A stretch of 32,000 bases of DNA, from positions 180,001-212,000 of the forward strand of contig LVZN01000012.1 of the NCBI GenBank assembly GCA_001695645.1, in the 5' to 3' direction. A program made the position numbers and the translations under genes. The notes below the pieces were generated by a model, which worked only from the letters and a program-made list of their open reading frames with translations, was not told the DNA's origin and did not search any database. Origin of the DNA: Erysipelotrichaceae bacterium MTC7 (GTDB lineage Bacteria > Bacillota_I > Bacilli_A > Erysipelotrichales > Erysipelotrichaceae). Positions 7,611 through 15,307 of this stretch are shown here, one piece after another; position 1 is the first letter of the stretch; each line of letters starts with the position of its first letter.

Positions 7611-7646
7611 TTACTTTTCTACAGAGAAGAGTCATTCCTTTTCTAT
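7602..7646 (+). terminator. Intrinsic terminator after the NUDIX gene
   Basis: AAGGAATGA ... TCATTCCTT stem followed by TTCT. The 5' arm includes the stop codon. Confidence 0.6.
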
Positions 7647-7754
7647 TGGTTAACCGATTCTTCCACTTTTCATATAGATTTCACTCATCTGGAATGCTTT
7701 CATCACATAAATAGGCTATAATAGTTGTAACAAAAGAATAGGAGGTACTTGCAT

Positions 7755-8288
7755 ATGAAAGTACAAATTTATGGAAAAAACGTTACCGTAACCCCAGCTA
7801 TCGCTGAGAAGATTGAGACGAAACTCAATTTCTTGAAGAAGTATTTTATCATCGATGATGATGTTACAGCAAACGTAGTTATCCGAGTGTATCCTGTTGG
7901 ACAAAAAATTGAAGTTACAATACCAACAAAGTTTGCAGTTTTGAGGGCAGAGGTTGTCGACGATGATCTATATGCTGCAATCGACTTGGTTATCGATAAA
8001 CTAGAAGACCAAATTCGAAGACAAAAAACAAGATTAGCGAGAAATAAAGGAAAAGAAAGTCTGGCAATGGCTTTTATGGAAGAAGATGTGCCAGAAGATG
8101 ATGTAGTTGATGAAGAAGTTGTAAGAACAAAAACCATTGTTCCTGATGAAATGGACATTGATGAAGCTATTATGAGAATGGAAATGTTAGGTCACTCATT
8201 CTTCGTTTATAAAGATAATGAAACACAAGATGTAGCTGTTGTATACCGTCGTCAAAACGGTGGATACGGTTGTATCGAAACCGAATAA
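7755..8288 (+). CDS. hpf: Ribosome hibernation promoting factor, long form
   Basis: 'MKVQIYGKNVTVTPAIAEKIETKL' is the S30AE/HPF N-domain. An acidic linker and the C-terminal dimerisation domain 'MRMEMLGHSFFVYKDNETQDVAVVYRRQNGGYG' follow. SD GGAGG lies 9 nt upstream. Confidence 0.95.
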   Translation: MKVQIYGKNVTVTPAIAEKIETKLNFLKKYFIIDDDVTANVVIRVYPVGQKIEVTIPTKFAVLRAEVVDDDLYAAIDLVIDKLEDQIRRQKTRLARNKGKESLAMAFMEEDVPEDDVVDEEVVRTKTIVPDEMDIDEAIMRMEMLGHSFFVYKDNETQDVAVVYRRQNGGYGCIETE

Positions 8289-8294
8289 TCATAC

Positions 8295-8322
8295 AAGGAG
8301 CAACGAATGTTGCTCCTTTTTT
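8295..8322 (+). terminator. Intrinsic terminator after hpf
   Basis: AAGGAGCAA-cgaatg-TTGCTCCTT followed by TTTT. Confidence 0.85.
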
Positions 8323-8360
8323 AGAGATATACATTATGTTTAACTTATGAAACATGTTAA

Positions 8361-8375
8361 AAGAAAGCGCTTGCA
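8361..8375. promoter_or_regulatory. cre-like (CcpA) site overlapping the -35 of the GH3 promoter
   Basis: AAGAAAGCGCTTGCA has one mismatch to WTGNAANCGNWNNCW and a near-palindromic core, GAAAGCGCTTGC. Confidence 0.45.
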
Positions 8376-8399
8376 ATTCTATTTTTTGCATGCTATTAT
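8371..8399 (+). promoter_or_regulatory. SigA-type promoter for the GH3 leader
   Basis: TTGCAA (8371-8376), 17-nt spacer, then extended -10 TGcTATTAT (8391-8399). Confidence 0.65.
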
Positions 8400-8409
8400 G
8401 TTGCCAACA

Positions 8410-8442
8410 GGATAGTGATTGCAAAAAGCAAGCTAAACCTAT
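8410..8442 (+). promoter_or_regulatory. RAT (ribonucleic antiterminator) element, class A, copy 1
   Basis: GGATAGTGATTG-CAAAAAG-CAAGCTAAACCTAT compared with the known RAT consensus GGATTGTTACTG-N-CAGGCAAAACCTAAA. The C>T / G>A pair in the upper stem is compensatory. The 3' end overlaps the 5' arm of the terminator. Confidence 0.8.
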
Positions 8443-8493
8443 GTATAATAGATTCTCTTTTTTGAGGATGTATTTGCATAGGTTTTTCTTTTT
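8435..8493 (+). terminator. Leader terminator controlled by RAT-A1
   Basis: AAACCTATG (8435-8443) pairs with CATAGGTTT (8477-8485), followed by TTTTTCTTTTT. Confidence 0.8.
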
Positions 8494-8621
8494 GTCAGTT
8501 GCTTTAAGGGAGGTGTGTGTAAAAAAAAAGAGGGAATTAATAGGGGCAAAAAGGAAGAGAAAAGTGTGTATGTAGGTGTGTTTATAATTGAAAGAGGGAA
8601 GCTAAATGAAAAATAAAAATA

Positions 8622-11504
8622 ATGAATTTTGCTTTGGCAGGATTGTGTACTGTAGGGGTATTTAACGTATCGCCTGTACAAGCGGAAACCGAAATACAAA
8701 CATTTAATGTAAAAATGGAAAGCATTCATGCAATTGAAAATGGAACTTCAACGACAATAGACGTAGATTTTGTTACCAACCCAAATAACGGTCCAACGCT
8801 TGGATTGTTACACGAGCGAGATCAAAATGGAGACAATCCATACATTTTATCTGTAACTGAAGGTTCTTACACGTATGCATTTAAAGACATGAACCGAAAT
8901 GGTGAACTTGATGCATATGATGATTGGCGTTTATCAACAGATGAAAGAGTTCATGACTTGGCAACATCATTGGTGGAAGAAACAGATGATGCTGGTAATA
9001 AAACGGGAATTAAAAAAATTGCAGGACTGATGTTATTTAGCTCACATGAGGGCAACAGTGCACAAGGTCTTACCGAAAATCAAAAGACATATTTAACAGA
9101 CTCGTATGTGCGTAACATTACGGACTCTGCTGATAATAATGTAGATAATGCAGTCGGTTGGACAAATATGATGCAAGCATTTGTGGAAGAAAGTGATTTC
9201 AATGTACCGGTTGATTTCAGCTCAGATCCACGTTCAACAGCTGGTTCTGGTGATTTATATTCAAGTGCTGCAGAAAATAGTGATATCTCTGCATGGCCAT
9301 CAAATTTAGGTATGGCAGCAACATTCAGTGAAGATCATATGTATAATTTTGCAAAAGCAACATCTGAAGAATATCGTGCTTTAGGAATTGTGACTGCTTT
9401 AGGTCCACAAATTGATCTAGCAACGGATCCAAGATGGCTGCGTAATGGTGGTACATTTGGAGAAGATACAAAACTAGCCACAACCATGGCACAAGCATAT
9501 GTAGATGGAACACAATCAACATATGCAGCAGATGGTAATGATTTAGGATGGGGCCTATCATCAGTAAATGCAATGATTAAACACTTTCCTGGTGATGGTG
9601 CAGGTGAAGGTGGACGTGAATCACACACGACTGCTGGAAAATATGCTGTATATCCAGGAAACAACTTTGATGAACATGTAATTCCTTTTGTGGAAGGTGG
9701 ACTTCAATTAAAAGGAAAAACGGAAAGTGCAGCAGCAATTATGACAAGCTATTCAATTGGTGTAAATGCTGACGGTACTGCTCTTGGTGGACAATATGTA
9801 GGTTCTGCATATAGTGCATTTAAGATGGAATTGTTACGGATGACACTTGGATATGATGGTGTTGTATGTACAGACTGGGGTGTTACAAGCTACGGTGGAT
9901 TTGGTATGGCATATGGTTATGAAGATGCAACAACACAAGAACGTCACTATGCAATCTTAAATGCAGGTACTGACATGTTTGGTGGAAATAATGATGCATC
10001 TCCAATTGTTGATTCATATGAAAAAATGGTACAAAAAGATGGTGAAGAAGTAGCAAACGCTAGATTTGTACAAAGTGCTGAACGCTTATTAAAACTAACA
10101 ATGAATCCAGGGTTATTTGAAAACCCTTATCAAAAATTAGCAGATGCGAAAGCAATTGCTGGTTCAAAAGACAAAGTAGAAGCTGGTTACCAAGCACAAC
10201 TTGATTCAATTGTGATGGTTAAAAATGTAGACAATACCATTCAAGAAGCATCAAAAATGGAAAAAGATTCTAAGGATATGACGGTATATATTCCGACGGT
10301 TTACACAGAAGAACAACCAAGTATCTGGAGTACAACACCTGCTTCTTGGGCACCTTCAATGAACTTAGAAGTTGCTAAATCTGTATATGGTACGGTTATC
10401 ACTGATACAAAAATTGATGAAGATACATACGAAGTACCAGATCTATCAAATGTTGATAAGGTAATTGTTGGTATGCGTTCTCCAATGAATGGAGGATTAT
10501 TCTCTGGTGTTGGTCAATACACAGATGATGATGGAAATGTGAAATATTATCCACTTTCATTGCAATATAGTACGTATACTGCAGATGGTGATAATGTTAG
10601 AAAAACATCAATTACCGGTGATGTATTAGCAGATGGAACTAAAGAAAATCGTTCGTATTATGGTGGGACTTCTAGACTTATCAACGAGGGCGATTTAGAT
10701 GGTGTTTTAAAAGCAGTTGCTGCAGTTGAAGCAACAAATAAAGATATTCCAATTGTAGTTTCAATGAACGCAAGTGGTCCAGCAATCATGGCAGAATTCG
10801 AAGATAAAGTAGATGCAATTGTTGTTGGTTTCTCAGTTAGCGATAAGGCAATCTACGATGTTGTAGAAGGAAATCATGAACCAAAAGGATTGTTGCCAAT
10901 GCAATTCCCAGCAAACATGGATACGGTAGAAGCAAACTATGAAGACATAGCTTTTGATTTAGATTGCTATGTAGATAGTCAAGGCAATACGTATGATTTT
11001 GCATACGGATTAAACTGGTCAGGGATCATCGATGATGCACGTGTTAAAGAATATGTACACAACAACAACGAAGTAGTAAGAGAACTACAACTAACAGCAT
11101 CAGATTTTGCATTAACAAATGCAGAAGCAAAGACTATTGATGCAAAAGGAATTCTTGAAAAAGCACAAGCAACAGCTTCTTGGAATATTGAGACGAAAGC
11201 AAATGATGCAATCACACTTATCGTTACAGATGAAAGTATGAAAGCATTGCAAGCAGTTGATGCTAAAGGTGCGACTGTGGATGTTGTGATTCAAGCAACT
11301 AGTGATTCACAAACAAAACAAGTAACTGTTAAAGCAACAGTCGCAAAAGAAGATGTAAAATCAAATGCATCTACAGGCACAAATACAAATGGAACAGTCG
11401 ATACATCCGATCGTACAAACCAAGGTATGTTAGTTGCATTGTGTGGGGGTGCAATGCTAATCGTATTACGTAAAATGTACCAAAGAAAAGCAAACAAAGC
11501 ATAA
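8622..11504 (+). CDS. Secreted, C-terminally membrane-anchored glycoside hydrolase family 3 (beta-glucosidase/exo-glucanase type)
   Basis: 'KHFPGDGAGEGGRESH' and 'GVVCTDWG' are the GH3 catalytic-domain motifs. The N-terminal region 'DMNRNGELDAYDDWRL' is typical of large Firmicute GH3 enzymes. Cleavable signal 'VSPVQA/ETE'. C-terminal TM helix plus basic tail. The start codon is uncertain (see findings). Confidence 0.85.
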   Translation: MNFALAGLCTVGVFNVSPVQAETEIQTFNVKMESIHAIENGTSTTIDVDFVTNPNNGPTLGLLHERDQNGDNPYILSVTEGSYTYAFKDMNRNGELDAYDDWRLSTDERVHDLATSLVEETDDAGNKTGIKKIAGLMLFSSHEGNSAQGLTENQKTYLTDSYVRNITDSADNNVDNAVGWTNMMQAFVEESDFNVPVDFSSDPRSTAGSGDLYSSAAENSDISAWPSNLGMAATFSEDHMYNFAKATSEEYRALGIVTALGPQIDLATDPRWLRNGGTFGEDTKLATTMAQAYVDGTQSTYAADGNDLGWGLSSVNAMIKHFPGDGAGEGGRESHTTAGKYAVYPGNNFDEHVIPFVEGGLQLKGKTESAAAIMTSYSIGVNADGTALGGQYVGSAYSAFKMELLRMTLGYDGVVCTDWGVTSYGGFGMAYGYEDATTQERHYAILNAGTDMFGGNNDASPIVDSYEKMVQKDGEEVANARFVQSAERLLKLTMNPGLFENPYQKLADAKAIAGSKDKVEAGYQAQLDSIVMVKNVDNTIQEASKMEKDSKDMTVYIPTVYTEEQPSIWSTTPASWAPSMNLEVAKSVYGTVITDTKIDEDTYEVPDLSNVDKVIVGMRSPMNGGLFSGVGQYTDDDGNVKYYPLSLQYSTYTADGDNVRKTSITGDVLADGTKENRSYYGGTSRLINEGDLDGVLKAVAAVEATNKDIPIVVSMNASGPAIMAEFEDKVDAIVVGFSVSDKAIYDVVEGNHEPKGLLPMQFPANMDTVEANYEDIAFDLDCYVDSQGNTYDFAYGLNWSGIIDDARVKEYVHNNNEVVRELQLTASDFALTNAEAKTIDAKGILEKAQATASWNIETKANDAITLIVTDESMKALQAVDAKGATVDVVIQATSDSQTKQVTVKATVAKEDVKSNASTGTNTNGTVDTSDRTNQGMLVALCGGAMLIVLRKMYQRKANKA

Positions 11505-11750
11505 AATTAACCATAGGGGTTATGAAGTGTCATGTAGACAATCGAGACAGGTAATAAGAAATGGTGTATGAATAAGGAAGTTTCCAACTTCATATATCAT
11601 TTTTAGCACTTTATATCTATGAATATTGTTGGCTTTTTACACAGTGAAGAGGAGTAGTAAATTTTCATCTAGAAAAAGATTAAACCTGAGAAATGTGTTA
11701 TATATCAAACAACAAAAGTATAATTCATAAAAATAGGAAATAGTTTAATT

Positions 11751-11779
11751 GGATAGTTACATTGAGTTGGCTAAACCTT
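11751..11779 (+). promoter_or_regulatory. RAT-like element, class B, copy 1 (no terminator; abuts the SD of the phosphoesterase gene)
   Basis: GGATAGTTACATTGAGTTGGCTAAACCTT. It matches the copy at 27579-27607 at 25 of 29 positions and shares the GGAT.GT.AC...GGC.AAACCT RAT core. Confidence 0.6.
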
Positions 11780-11808
11780 ACTTTACAAAAAAAGTTAAGG
11801 AGAATATT

Positions 11809-14019
11809 ATGTTTAAAAAAATTGGAATCATATTACTTACATGTTTTACGCTATTTGGAACAACGGGTGTTACTGAATTTGTCAGTAAACAAGTAGATTT
11901 GACAGAAGCACCAAGCGAGACATTATCAAATTACAACGTTGTAAGTCCAACGATGAATTGGAAGTATTTGGATGATAATACAGATCCAAATGATAAAACT
12001 TGGTATCAAGGATGGAATAAGCGAAATGGATGGGCATATCCCATTGGATGGTTAGACCATGGTGCAATTGATATGGAGTTTTCAGATGAAGCTTGGCCTA
12101 CATATCAAGGAAACAAATTTACGACAACTGAAAATGATGGTGGTCAACTATTACAAACGACGGAAGATAAAACAACGTATAGTACGTATTATTTGCGTCA
12201 CACCTTCCGTTTAACCCAAAAACAGGTGGATAGCATTTATGCAATCTCTGGTACGGTGCGTTACAATGATGCAATGATTATGTACATTAATGGAAAACCA
12301 GTTGCCAATTTCTTTAACATCCCACAAAGCAATTACAAGCAAAACAAAGAATATGGATGTCAAGAAAAGGTAAATGGATACATTGAAGAAGATTTTTTAG
12401 TAGAAGATGTTTCAAGTTTGTCAAATGGGTATGTTCCTGGTCGTTATGAAACAGAGTTTAGTGAAGTGTACAAACAAGATGTACAAGTTCTAAAAGAAGC
12501 AGATACAGACGTGTATGGAAATACATTTATGGATATTACCATCGCTGTTGAACTTCATACCGCTGATCCATTGGATACAGATGCATTATTTGAACTACTT
12601 GATTTTAATATCAATCCAGCTGGTGATAAATTACCAGATAGTGATGCAATTAAGAATGTATCATTGAATGTTGGAGCAGATGAAACTTTTTTAAATCTTG
12701 CGTGGTTTGCAACATCTGATCAAGCAGGAACCCTTCAAATTATGGAAGGAAATGTGGTAGATGCGTTTGATGAAGCAAGTGCAACAACCATTCCCGTAAC
12801 TTCTATTGAAAAAGCGTACACAAAATTTACGGATACACATTATTATGCAAATAAAGTTTCTTATCAGGGTATCGAACCTGGTAAAAACTATGTGTACCGT
12901 GTAGGGAATGCTGATGGCTATTCTAAAGTGTATAAACTTTCAACCCAAGGGGTAAATGATGGATATGAATTGCTATTTCTATCAGATGCACAAATTGGTA
13001 CAGGGACCATTCCAACCGATTTACTTGGATGGCAAAATACATTAAGCAAAGCAATCACAAAATTTCCGAATGTAAGCTTTATTGCGAATACTGGAGATAT
13101 GGTTGATGTTGCAAATAAGGAAAGTGAATATGATGCATATTTTACGCCTGAAGTATTACAAGGAATTCCTTCTGCAACTGCAGTTGGAAATCATGACATT
13201 GCAAAAAACTATGGAAATCACTTTAACGAACCAAATCTATCAGGTTTGGGGGCAAGTGCAGCAAATAGTGATTACTATTTTACGTATGGCAATGTGCTTT
13301 ACATGGTCTTAAACACAAGTAACACAAACAACGAAGAACATGTAGAATTTATGCGCAATACAAATGAAGCAACAAAAGATCAAGACTTTGCATGGAAAGT
13401 TGTTATGTTTCACCAAAGTATTTACGCTTCAGGAAAACAGTCAACATACGTTGACCAAGTAGAACCACGAAAACAAACGTTTGTACCAGTGTTTGAAGAA
13501 CTTGGAGTGGATGTTGTTTTGATGGGACACGATCACTGTTATGCACGCACAAAGATTATGAAAAACTTTATGCCCGTAGATAGTATCGATGCAAATGCTA
13601 GTGAAGTAACAAATCCTGATGGAATTTTGTATCTTACAACAAGTAGTGCAAGTGGAAGTAAGTACTATGATTTAGTTGATAATTATGAATATCTAGCAAA
13701 AAGGAATCAACCAAAAGTACCAATGTTTATGCATATCTCGTTTACGGATGATACGTTTACAATGGAAGCATATCGCACGGATACTATGGAGAGTGTAGAT
13801 ACTTACACGATAAAAAAACAAGAAGTAACAGATGGTAAAGACAAACCAGTAGATGAAAAACCAGTTGTTGATGCAGGTAATGACAAACAACGTCCGTCTG
13901 TTGATGCACAAACTTCAACACCTAAAACAGGTGATCAAACAACAGTAATGCTGTTTGCAATGATGGCACTTGTTAGCGGTATGCTTCTTGGTGTCTATCG
14001 CTTGAAAAAAGAAAAATAG
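11809..14019 (+). CDS. Cell-surface calcineurin-like metallophosphoesterase (purple-acid-phosphatase-like) with TPKTG sorting signal
   Basis: SD AAGGAG lies 7 nt before the ATG at 11809, followed by signal peptide 'MFKKIGIILLTCFTLFG'. Phosphoesterase motifs are 'LFLSDAQIG', 'NTGDMVD', 'AVGNHD', 'VMFHQS' and 'LMGHDHCYAR'. The C-terminus is 'TPKTGD' plus a hydrophobic stretch plus 'RLKKEK'. Confidence 0.85.
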   Translation: MFKKIGIILLTCFTLFGTTGVTEFVSKQVDLTEAPSETLSNYNVVSPTMNWKYLDDNTDPNDKTWYQGWNKRNGWAYPIGWLDHGAIDMEFSDEAWPTYQGNKFTTTENDGGQLLQTTEDKTTYSTYYLRHTFRLTQKQVDSIYAISGTVRYNDAMIMYINGKPVANFFNIPQSNYKQNKEYGCQEKVNGYIEEDFLVEDVSSLSNGYVPGRYETEFSEVYKQDVQVLKEADTDVYGNTFMDITIAVELHTADPLDTDALFELLDFNINPAGDKLPDSDAIKNVSLNVGADETFLNLAWFATSDQAGTLQIMEGNVVDAFDEASATTIPVTSIEKAYTKFTDTHYYANKVSYQGIEPGKNYVYRVGNADGYSKVYKLSTQGVNDGYELLFLSDAQIGTGTIPTDLLGWQNTLSKAITKFPNVSFIANTGDMVDVANKESEYDAYFTPEVLQGIPSATAVGNHDIAKNYGNHFNEPNLSGLGASAANSDYYFTYGNVLYMVLNTSNTNNEEHVEFMRNTNEATKDQDFAWKVVMFHQSIYASGKQSTYVDQVEPRKQTFVPVFEELGVDVVLMGHDHCYARTKIMKNFMPVDSIDANASEVTNPDGILYLTTSSASGSKYYDLVDNYEYLAKRNQPKVPMFMHISFTDDTFTMEAYRTDTMESVDTYTIKKQEVTDGKDKPVDEKPVVDAGNDKQRPSVDAQTSTPKTGDQTTVMLFAMMALVSGMLLGVYRLKKEK

Positions 14020-14029
14020 AAAGGAGAAT

Positions 14030-14056
14030 GTACGATCGTAAGATCGTACCTTTCTT
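14030..14056 (+). terminator. Hairpin / weak terminator between the phosphoesterase and YibE/F genes
   Basis: GTACGATC-gtaa-GATCGTAC followed by CTTTCTT. Confidence 0.45.
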
Positions 14057-14060
14057 ACGT

Positions 14061-15233
14061 ATGAAAAAGATGGATAAACATAAAATTAGTACCATGCTAT
14101 TACTGTTAATTGCGTGCATTTTCTGTGTCTTTCTATATTGGTTGAATACAGAAAAACTTGGATCCTATAAACTTTTACAAGCAGACAATCTTCAATATGA
14201 AAAAGCGACAATTACAAATGTTATAGATCAATATCTTGAAGCAGATGCGCAAACAAGTTCAGGATATCGTGGAACGCAAGAAGTACAAGTAAAAGTGAAT
14301 AGTGGTAAGCTAAAAAATAAAGAATTCACAATAACTAACCATGTCACAAAAACACACAACATACTTGTCGAAAAGGGAAGTAAAATCATTGTCGCTGTGG
14401 ATGAAAATCAAGCAGGAAACAGTGTGAGTATTTACAACTATCAACGAACAAGTGGATTGTCTATCATGATTGGACTCTTCGTGGTTCTCATGATTGCTGT
14501 TGGTGGATTTAAGGGTGTAAAAGCAACCATTGGTTTAACATTTACACTGGTTACCGTGTTATTTTTCACACTCCCGTTAATCTTTCACGGGTATGCACCA
14601 ATTCTTATCGCCTTATTAAGTGCAATCATAATTTCTGGATTTACCTTGCTTATCATTGATGGACCAACGAAGAAAACACTGGTGGCATTTGTTGGAACTG
14701 CTTGTGGGCTTGTGATTGCCGGTTGTATCTTTACGATATTTTCATCCATCTTACATGTATCCGGTTTTCAACTGGAAGAAGTAGAAACGATGTTTGTGAT
14801 TGCAAATCAAACAGGTTTACACATACGTGATGTTCTTTTTGCAGGTGTATTGATTGCAGCTGTAGGAGCACTGTTAGATGTGGCGATGAGTATTGCAAGT
14901 ACGTTACATGAAATATATGAAGTCAATCCAAACTTGCGTGCTTATCAATTGTTTCAATCTGGTATGCATGTTGGTCGAGACATGATAGGAACGATGTCCA
15001 ATACATTAATTCTTGCGTACGCAGGTAGTTCGTTTGCAACGATGATTTTATTTATGGCGTACAGTGTCAATGCCAATCAGATTTTAAATATGGATTATAT
15101 AGCATTAGAAATTAGCCAAGCACTGGCAGGAAGTATAGGGATAGTTTTAACCGTTCCGTTTACTTCGCTACTTGGTGCATATATATTAACAACAAAAGCA
15201 AAGGGTTCAAAAAAACAAACAGTGCAATCATAA
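14061..15233 (+). CDS. YibE/F family integral membrane protein
   Basis: N-terminal TM helix, a ~100-aa extracytoplasmic domain, then a polytopic core with 'LLDVAMSIASTLHE' and 'GRDMIGTMSNTLILAYAGSS' typical of YibE/F. The start is ambiguous (14028, 14061 or 14070). I chose 14061 because 14028 lies 1 nt from its SD and inside the hairpin. Confidence 0.75.
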   Translation: MKKMDKHKISTMLLLLIACIFCVFLYWLNTEKLGSYKLLQADNLQYEKATITNVIDQYLEADAQTSSGYRGTQEVQVKVNSGKLKNKEFTITNHVTKTHNILVEKGSKIIVAVDENQAGNSVSIYNYQRTSGLSIMIGLFVVLMIAVGGFKGVKATIGLTFTLVTVLFFTLPLIFHGYAPILIALLSAIIISGFTLLIIDGPTKKTLVAFVGTACGLVIAGCIFTIFSSILHVSGFQLEEVETMFVIANQTGLHIRDVLFAGVLIAAVGALLDVAMSIASTLHEIYEVNPNLRAYQLFQSGMHVGRDMIGTMSNTLILAYAGSSFATMILFMAYSVNANQILNMDYIALEISQALAGSIGIVLTVPFTSLLGAYILTTKAKGSKKQTVQS

Positions 15234-15247
15234 CAAGAAAAGAAACA

Positions 15248-15278
15248 AAGCTAGGAGTAAAATACTCTTAGCTTTTTT
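15248..15278 (+). terminator. Intrinsic terminator after YibE/F
   Basis: AAGCTAGGAGT-aaaat-ACTCTTAGCTT followed by TTTT. Confidence 0.8.
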
Positions 15279-15307
15279 ATGATATACTTATAGCAAGGAG
15301 ATTTTGT

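Noticed and set aside
7769-8158. 129-aa Ser/Thr-rich ORF antisense to hpf.
   Set aside because: It is a mirror-image artefact of the acidic GAA/GAT-rich hpf linker. hpf itself is unambiguous.
8170-8729. ORF-track entries 8170-8424(-), 8354-8575(+) and 8439-8729(-) in the hpf-GH3 intergenic region.
   Set aside because: The region is fully explained by the hpf terminator, the cre/promoter, RAT-A1 and the leader terminator. The translations are low-complexity and lack an SD. They are most likely non-coding.
9325-9664. Two antisense ORFs (82 and 109 aa) inside the GH3 gene. Similar antisense or alternate-frame ORFs occur at 1074-1361, 2685-2900, 4000-4191, 5103-5297, 10979-11497, 13693-13911, 15793-15987, 20144-20416, 20929-21240, 22003-22329, 26034-26285, 28370-28651 and 31255-31975.
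   Set aside because: All lie within strongly supported genes on the opposite strand or in another frame. They have no SD or recognisable motifs and are typical of AT-rich genomes.
11521-11604. Long-range complementarity TATGAAGT (11521-11528) / ACTTCATA (11587-11594), competing with the local hairpin GAAGTT-tcc-AACTTC (11577-11591). I considered it as an sRNA, a riboswitch or the GH3 terminator.
   Set aside because: The stems are short (6-8 bp), the loop is 3 nt, the T-run is displaced, and no known riboswitch core is recognisable. It may be a weak terminator, but I cannot support a feature call.
11651-11688. Possible fifth, degenerate RAT (GGAGTAGTAAAT...GATTAAACCTGAG) in the GH3-phosphoesterase intergenic region.
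   Set aside because: Only the GGA..AGT and AAACCT ends match. The stem halves do not pair convincingly and the loop would be about 16 nt. This is too weak to call without a covariance model.
11749-11808. TTG-initiated 20-aa N-terminal extension of the phosphoesterase ORF (MDSYIELAKPYFTKKVKENI).
   Set aside because: The extension is the class B RAT element read as protein. The ATG at 11809 has a proper AAGGAG SD and starts a normal signal peptide.
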